Shown here piece by piece: positions 60,973 to 64,000 of a DNA stretch of 64,000 bases. The stretch is from a bacterium. Lineage in GTDB: Bacteria; Bdellovibrionota_C; UBA2361; CALJRW01. The notes under the pieces were generated by a model. It was not told the DNA's origin. It was given only the letters and a program-made list of their open reading frames with translations, and searched no databases. The stretch's first letter is position 1, and every line of letters starts with the position of its first letter. The stretch is from positions 96,001 to 160,000 of the forward strand of contig JANNBC010000052.1 in assembly GCA_031385045.1 (NCBI GenBank). Reading direction: 5' to 3'. The position numbers and the translations under genes were made by a program.

Positions 60973-62253
60973 CTAAACTAAACTAACAATTCTTTCTGAT
61001 AACTTCTCTGATAAATTCTGAAAGAAATTATGTCTCTGTTTATAATTTGGCTGCATTGCCGAGTTGCTAATCGGCGCAAAACTTTCCACTAGTCCCATTT
61101 CTTGAGCATAAATCTCAAAAACTTTTTTATTATGCTTTGATCCAATCGAGTAAAGTGTATTGCCCGAGGCTGGCCATTCATTGGCTGCGGAGTCAAGTTC
61201 TAGCGCTGGAAGGAGACAACTATTACTGAGCACTTGGTGGAGCATACTATGCTTATCGCTTTGTGCGATTAACTTAGATATTTTTTCGGCTTTAATCTTA
61301 GTTCCTGAGCGAATAAAATGATTTGTGCCAACTCGATTAATAATTAGTGGCTCAATCATTTTCATGAACGATGGGACAGAGGCAAGGCCAAGAACGGAGT
61401 CATCAATAACAATTAAATTTGCATCGCTCTTATGAAGTAGAAATCCAGTAGAGGAAGATATACGACCTACTGTATCAACAATAATTACGTCAAAAGAGGT
61501 TCTAGCATATGATAATATTTGCTCTATTAAATCCATGCAGTCAGGATTGTTAATGAAGTCTAAGGCAACGGATAATTCTGTTGGAGGAGCTAGGACAGCA
61601 AGGGAGTCGTTAATATTAAATAACAAGCTTTCAAAAGCAGTTCGATTGAATTCGTTCAAACCATTAACCGAGTCTTTAAAGACAGTACCATTTGGTACGC
61701 CACCACCTAGAGATCTTGATAGGTCTTGTGATTCAATATCGAAATCCCAAACCAGCGTCTTCAGTCCATTTTGTGCACATAGTTCTGCAAAGCCTGCTGC
61801 AATTGTGCTTGCCCCTACGCCACCCTTGGATTGAGTAATTGTTACTAGTTTTCCAGTACTGACAACTCCATTTTTCTTTAAGTTCAGGTGGACAGAAACA
61901 AATTCTTGTAGGATATCTAGGACTGAACAGCCGTATGGAAGAATTTTACGAATCTTTGTTAAGTCATCCGATCTAAAGCTTTGGCTTTGATACTCAGTAT
62001 CGCTGAGGAAGAGGATAATTTCGATATTTGGATTTAATTCTAAGGATTTTGTAATAATTTCAAATCTACGATGAGAAACTTCGATTCCAATGACTAAAAT
62101 ATTCGCATTTCCAACCGATGTTTGATAATTATCTAAGGTTGCTAGCCCAACTTTGATATTTAGCGAGTCAATCTCCCGATCTCCAATTGATTTAATACGC
62201 CCAGCTAGCTGTTGCGTGCCTTCTACTGTGCTGTTAAGTGCTAGAATTTGCAT
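60973..62253 (-). CDS. CpaE/TadZ-like pilus assembly ATPase (receiver-like + ParA/MinD domain)
   Basis: KGGVGASTIA deviant Walker A, LVWDFD, FDVIIVDT; first gene of the tad cluster. Confidence 0.8.
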   Translation of the reverse strand: MQILALNSTVEGTQQLAGRIKSIGDREIDSLNIKVGLATLDNYQTSVGNANILVIGIEVSHRRFEIITKSLELNPNIEIILFLSDTEYQSQSFRSDDLTKIRKILPYGCSVLDILQEFVSVHLNLKKNGVVSTGKLVTITQSKGGVGASTIAAGFAELCAQNGLKTLVWDFDIESQDLSRSLGGGVPNGTVFKDSVNGLNEFNRTAFESLLFNINDSLAVLAPPTELSVALDFINNPDCMDLIEQILSYARTSFDVIIVDTVGRISSSTGFLLHKSDANLIVIDDSVLGLASVPSFMKMIEPLIINRVGTNHFIRSGTKIKAEKISKLIAQSDKHSMLHQVLSNSCLLPALELDSAANEWPASGNTLYSIGSKHNKKVFEIYAQEMGLVESFAPISNSAMQPNYKQRHNFFQNLSEKLSERIVSLV

Positions 62254-62294
62254 GAATTATCCAAGATTGAATTTAGTATGTTGACAGGTTGAGC

Positions 62295-62323
62295 ATTTTA
62301 ACTCCAGCACTATTCTTAGTCAA
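62295..62323 (-). promoter_or_regulatory. Sigma70-type promoter of the tad cluster
   Basis: TTGACT-17 nt-TAAAAT. Confidence 0.6.
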
Positions 62324-62669
62324 ACAAATTCTGCAGTTCTTTCTCTGGAGACTTTTATCGTCCTAGGGTTTGGTTTATCCACATATCGAAAAACTAATCT
62401 GAGTTTCTAATTGTGGTTTAAAAGTATGTATTATAAAGCTGTTCATACTCTTTGTGTCTTATGAAGGAGTATAGATTATCATGAATGATTATTCAGTTTT
62501 GCCCAGTGAGGAGTGGGAAAAATAAATAGGGAACCAGAAAACTCCCTATTTATTTTACGACTAGGATCTGACAAAGTTTTTTAGATAATTCCGCTAGCTT
62601 CTCCACCTTTGCTGTGTGCCCAGAGGAAGAAGCTAGCTGAGTAAGGGGTTTACAATTAATCCTTCGTTG

Positions 62670-62701
62670 CTTCCCCCGTCGCCAAAGATTTGGGGGACAA
62701 G
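62670..62701. repeat. 32-nt palindromic REP-like element, copy C
   Basis: CTTCCCCCGTCGCCAAAGATTTGGGGGACAAG. Confidence 0.7.
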
Positions 62702-62832
62702 CCTGCTACGGCGGATAATCATGCAAGGCCTGATTATATCATGCTTCGGTAACACTCAGCTGACTCTAGGTGTAACTCAGTATTCATAGTCCTTCGGCAT
62801 AACTTAAATTATTGCAATCTTAGGTGTCGGCA

Positions 62833-62866
62833 CAAAAAAAGGGAGCTATTTCTAGCCCCCTTTTTA
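62833..62866 (-). terminator. Intrinsic terminator downstream of groEL
   Basis: GC stem flanked by A and T runs (AAAAAAAGGGAGCTATTTCTAGCCCCCTTTTT on the plus strand). Confidence 0.7.
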
Positions 62867-62914
62867 TCGTACAAGTAAATGTATCGCAATCAATCCCCCT
62901 TTGCTCCTGCGGAG

Positions 62915-62946
62915 CTTCCACCTTCGCTTAAGCTTCGGTGGACAAG
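62915..62946. repeat. 32-nt palindromic REP-like element, copy B
   Basis: CTTCCACCTTCGCTTAAGCTTCGGTGGACAAG. Confidence 0.75.
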
Positions 62947-62972
62947 TCGGAGGATAATCATGCAGGTCATGA

Positions 62973-64000
62973 TTACATCATGCCGCCCATTCCACCCATA
63001 CCGCCCATTCCACCCATACCGCCCATGCCAGCACCAGCGTGGTCATTGTCGGATTTTGGTTGGTCGCAGATGATTGCTTCAGTTGTTAGCATTAAGCCAG
63101 CAACAGAGGCAGCGTTTTCTAAAGCTGAACGAACAACTTTAGTTGGGTCAATTACACCAGCAGCAATTAGGTCTTCGTAAATTCCAGTTGCAGCGTTATA
63201 ACCCCAAGCACCTTTCTTCTCACGTACAGTGTTTACAACTACTGCAGGCTCAGCACCAGCATTAGAAGAGATTGTACGAAGCGGAGCTTCACAAGCATTG
63301 CGGATTACTCTCACACCAAAAGCTTGTTCTTCAGAAACTTTTAAAGAGTCTAAAGAGTCAATTGCTCTGATTAAAGCAACTCCACCACCAGGAACAATTC
63401 CTTCTTCCACAGCAGCACGAGTAGCATGAAGAGCATCTTCCACACGGGCTTTCTTCTCTTTCATTTCTACTTCAGTAGCAGCACCAACGTGAATTACCGC
63501 AACTCCACCAACTAATTTAGCAAGTCTTTCTTGTAATTTCTCACGATCGTAATCAGAAGTTGTTTCTTCGATTTGAGCACGAATTTGTCCAACGCGAGCT
63601 TTGATTTCTTCAGCAGAACCAGCACCGTCAATTACTGTACAGTTGTCTTTAGTAATTGCCATACGCTTAGCAGTACCTAGATCAGCAAGAGTCATATTTT
63701 CTAGTTTAACTCCGATGTCTTCAGTAACACATTTTCCACCAGTAAGAATTGCAATGTCTTCCAACATAGCTTTTCTTCTGTCACCAAAACCAGGAGCTTT
63801 AACTGCACAAACATTTAATGTTCCACGGATTTTGTTAACTACTAATGTAGCTAATGCTTCACCTTCGATATCTTCAGCAATAATCACTAATGGCTTACCT
63901 GTCTTCGCAACTTGCTCAAGTACTGGAAGTAATTCTTTCATGTTACTGATTTTCTTTTCATGAATAAGAATTAAGCAATTTTCCAATTCTGCTTCCATTC
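62973..64000 (-). CDS. groEL: Chaperonin GroEL, 3' part (5' end outside the window)
   Basis: [43 protein letters not shown] tail. Confidence 0.98.
   Translation of the reverse strand, partial: MEAELENCLILIHEKKISNMKELLPVLEQVAKTGKPLVIIAEDIEGEALATLVVNKIRGTLNVCAVKAPGFGDRRKAMLEDIAILTGGKCVTEDIGVKLENMTLADLGTAKRMAITKDNCTVIDGAGSAEEIKARVGQIRAQIEETTSDYDREKLQERLAKLVGGVAVIHVGAATEVEMKEKKARVEDALHATRAAVEEGIVPGGGVALIRAIDSLDSLKVSEEQAFGVRVIRNACEAPLRTISSNAGAEPAVVVNTVREKKGAWGYNAATGIYEDLIAAGVIDPTKVVRSALENAASVAGLMLTTEAIICDQPKSDNDHAGAGMGGMGGMGGMGGMGGMM

Noticed and set aside
62254..62650. Missing Flp pilin gene upstream of cpaE
   Set aside because: No short ORF with the G-xxxx-EY Flp motif was noticed; only hairpins and a promoter
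62977..63030. Short tandem repeats CCGCCCATTCCACCCATA
   Set aside because: They encode the normal GGM tail of GroEL; not a CRISPR or VNTR
62879..63180. Short plus-strand ORFs with PPIPPI/RPFHPY repeats
   Set aside because: Antisense reading of the groEL GGM tail and the repeat element

Overview
AT-rich bacterial chromosomal segment read with the standard genetic code. The gene content suggests a diderm, delta-proteobacteria/Bdellovibrionota-like lineage, but that assignment is only an impression. The housekeeping backbone includes lipA, pdhC, xseAB, a P1B-4 ATPase, comF, mazG, an orphan nuoA, lpdA, lipB, a second E2, rsmD, gpmI, hppA, aas, the 3' part of groEL, tRNA-Cys(GCA) and tRNA-Arg(TCT). 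Accessory DNA is interspersed. (1) A run of orphan, divergent enzyme-like genes at 13.7-20.8 kb includes a tandem cytidine-deaminase-fold protein, a sensor-less histidine kinase, a kinase-like protein and a DUF4160/BrnA-type toxin-antitoxin pair whose toxin has an in-frame TGA. (2) A glycosylation locus at 21-28.8 kb contains a stand-alone class II terpene-cyclase domain (DxDD) coupled to a UbiA prenyltransferase and a GT-C glycosyltransferase; this is the best candidate for an undescribed pathway. (3) Other accessory genes are higBA, a DUF1800/DUF1501 pair, a partial tad cluster and a ~1221-codon secreted protein split by one in-frame TAG. Non-coding signals include a 32-nt covarying palindromic element nested in other hairpins at three sites, a duplication of the groEL 3' end, a promoter motif shared by four scattered genes, and several probable leaderless promoters. 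No CRISPR array, rRNA, integrase or transposase was seen.
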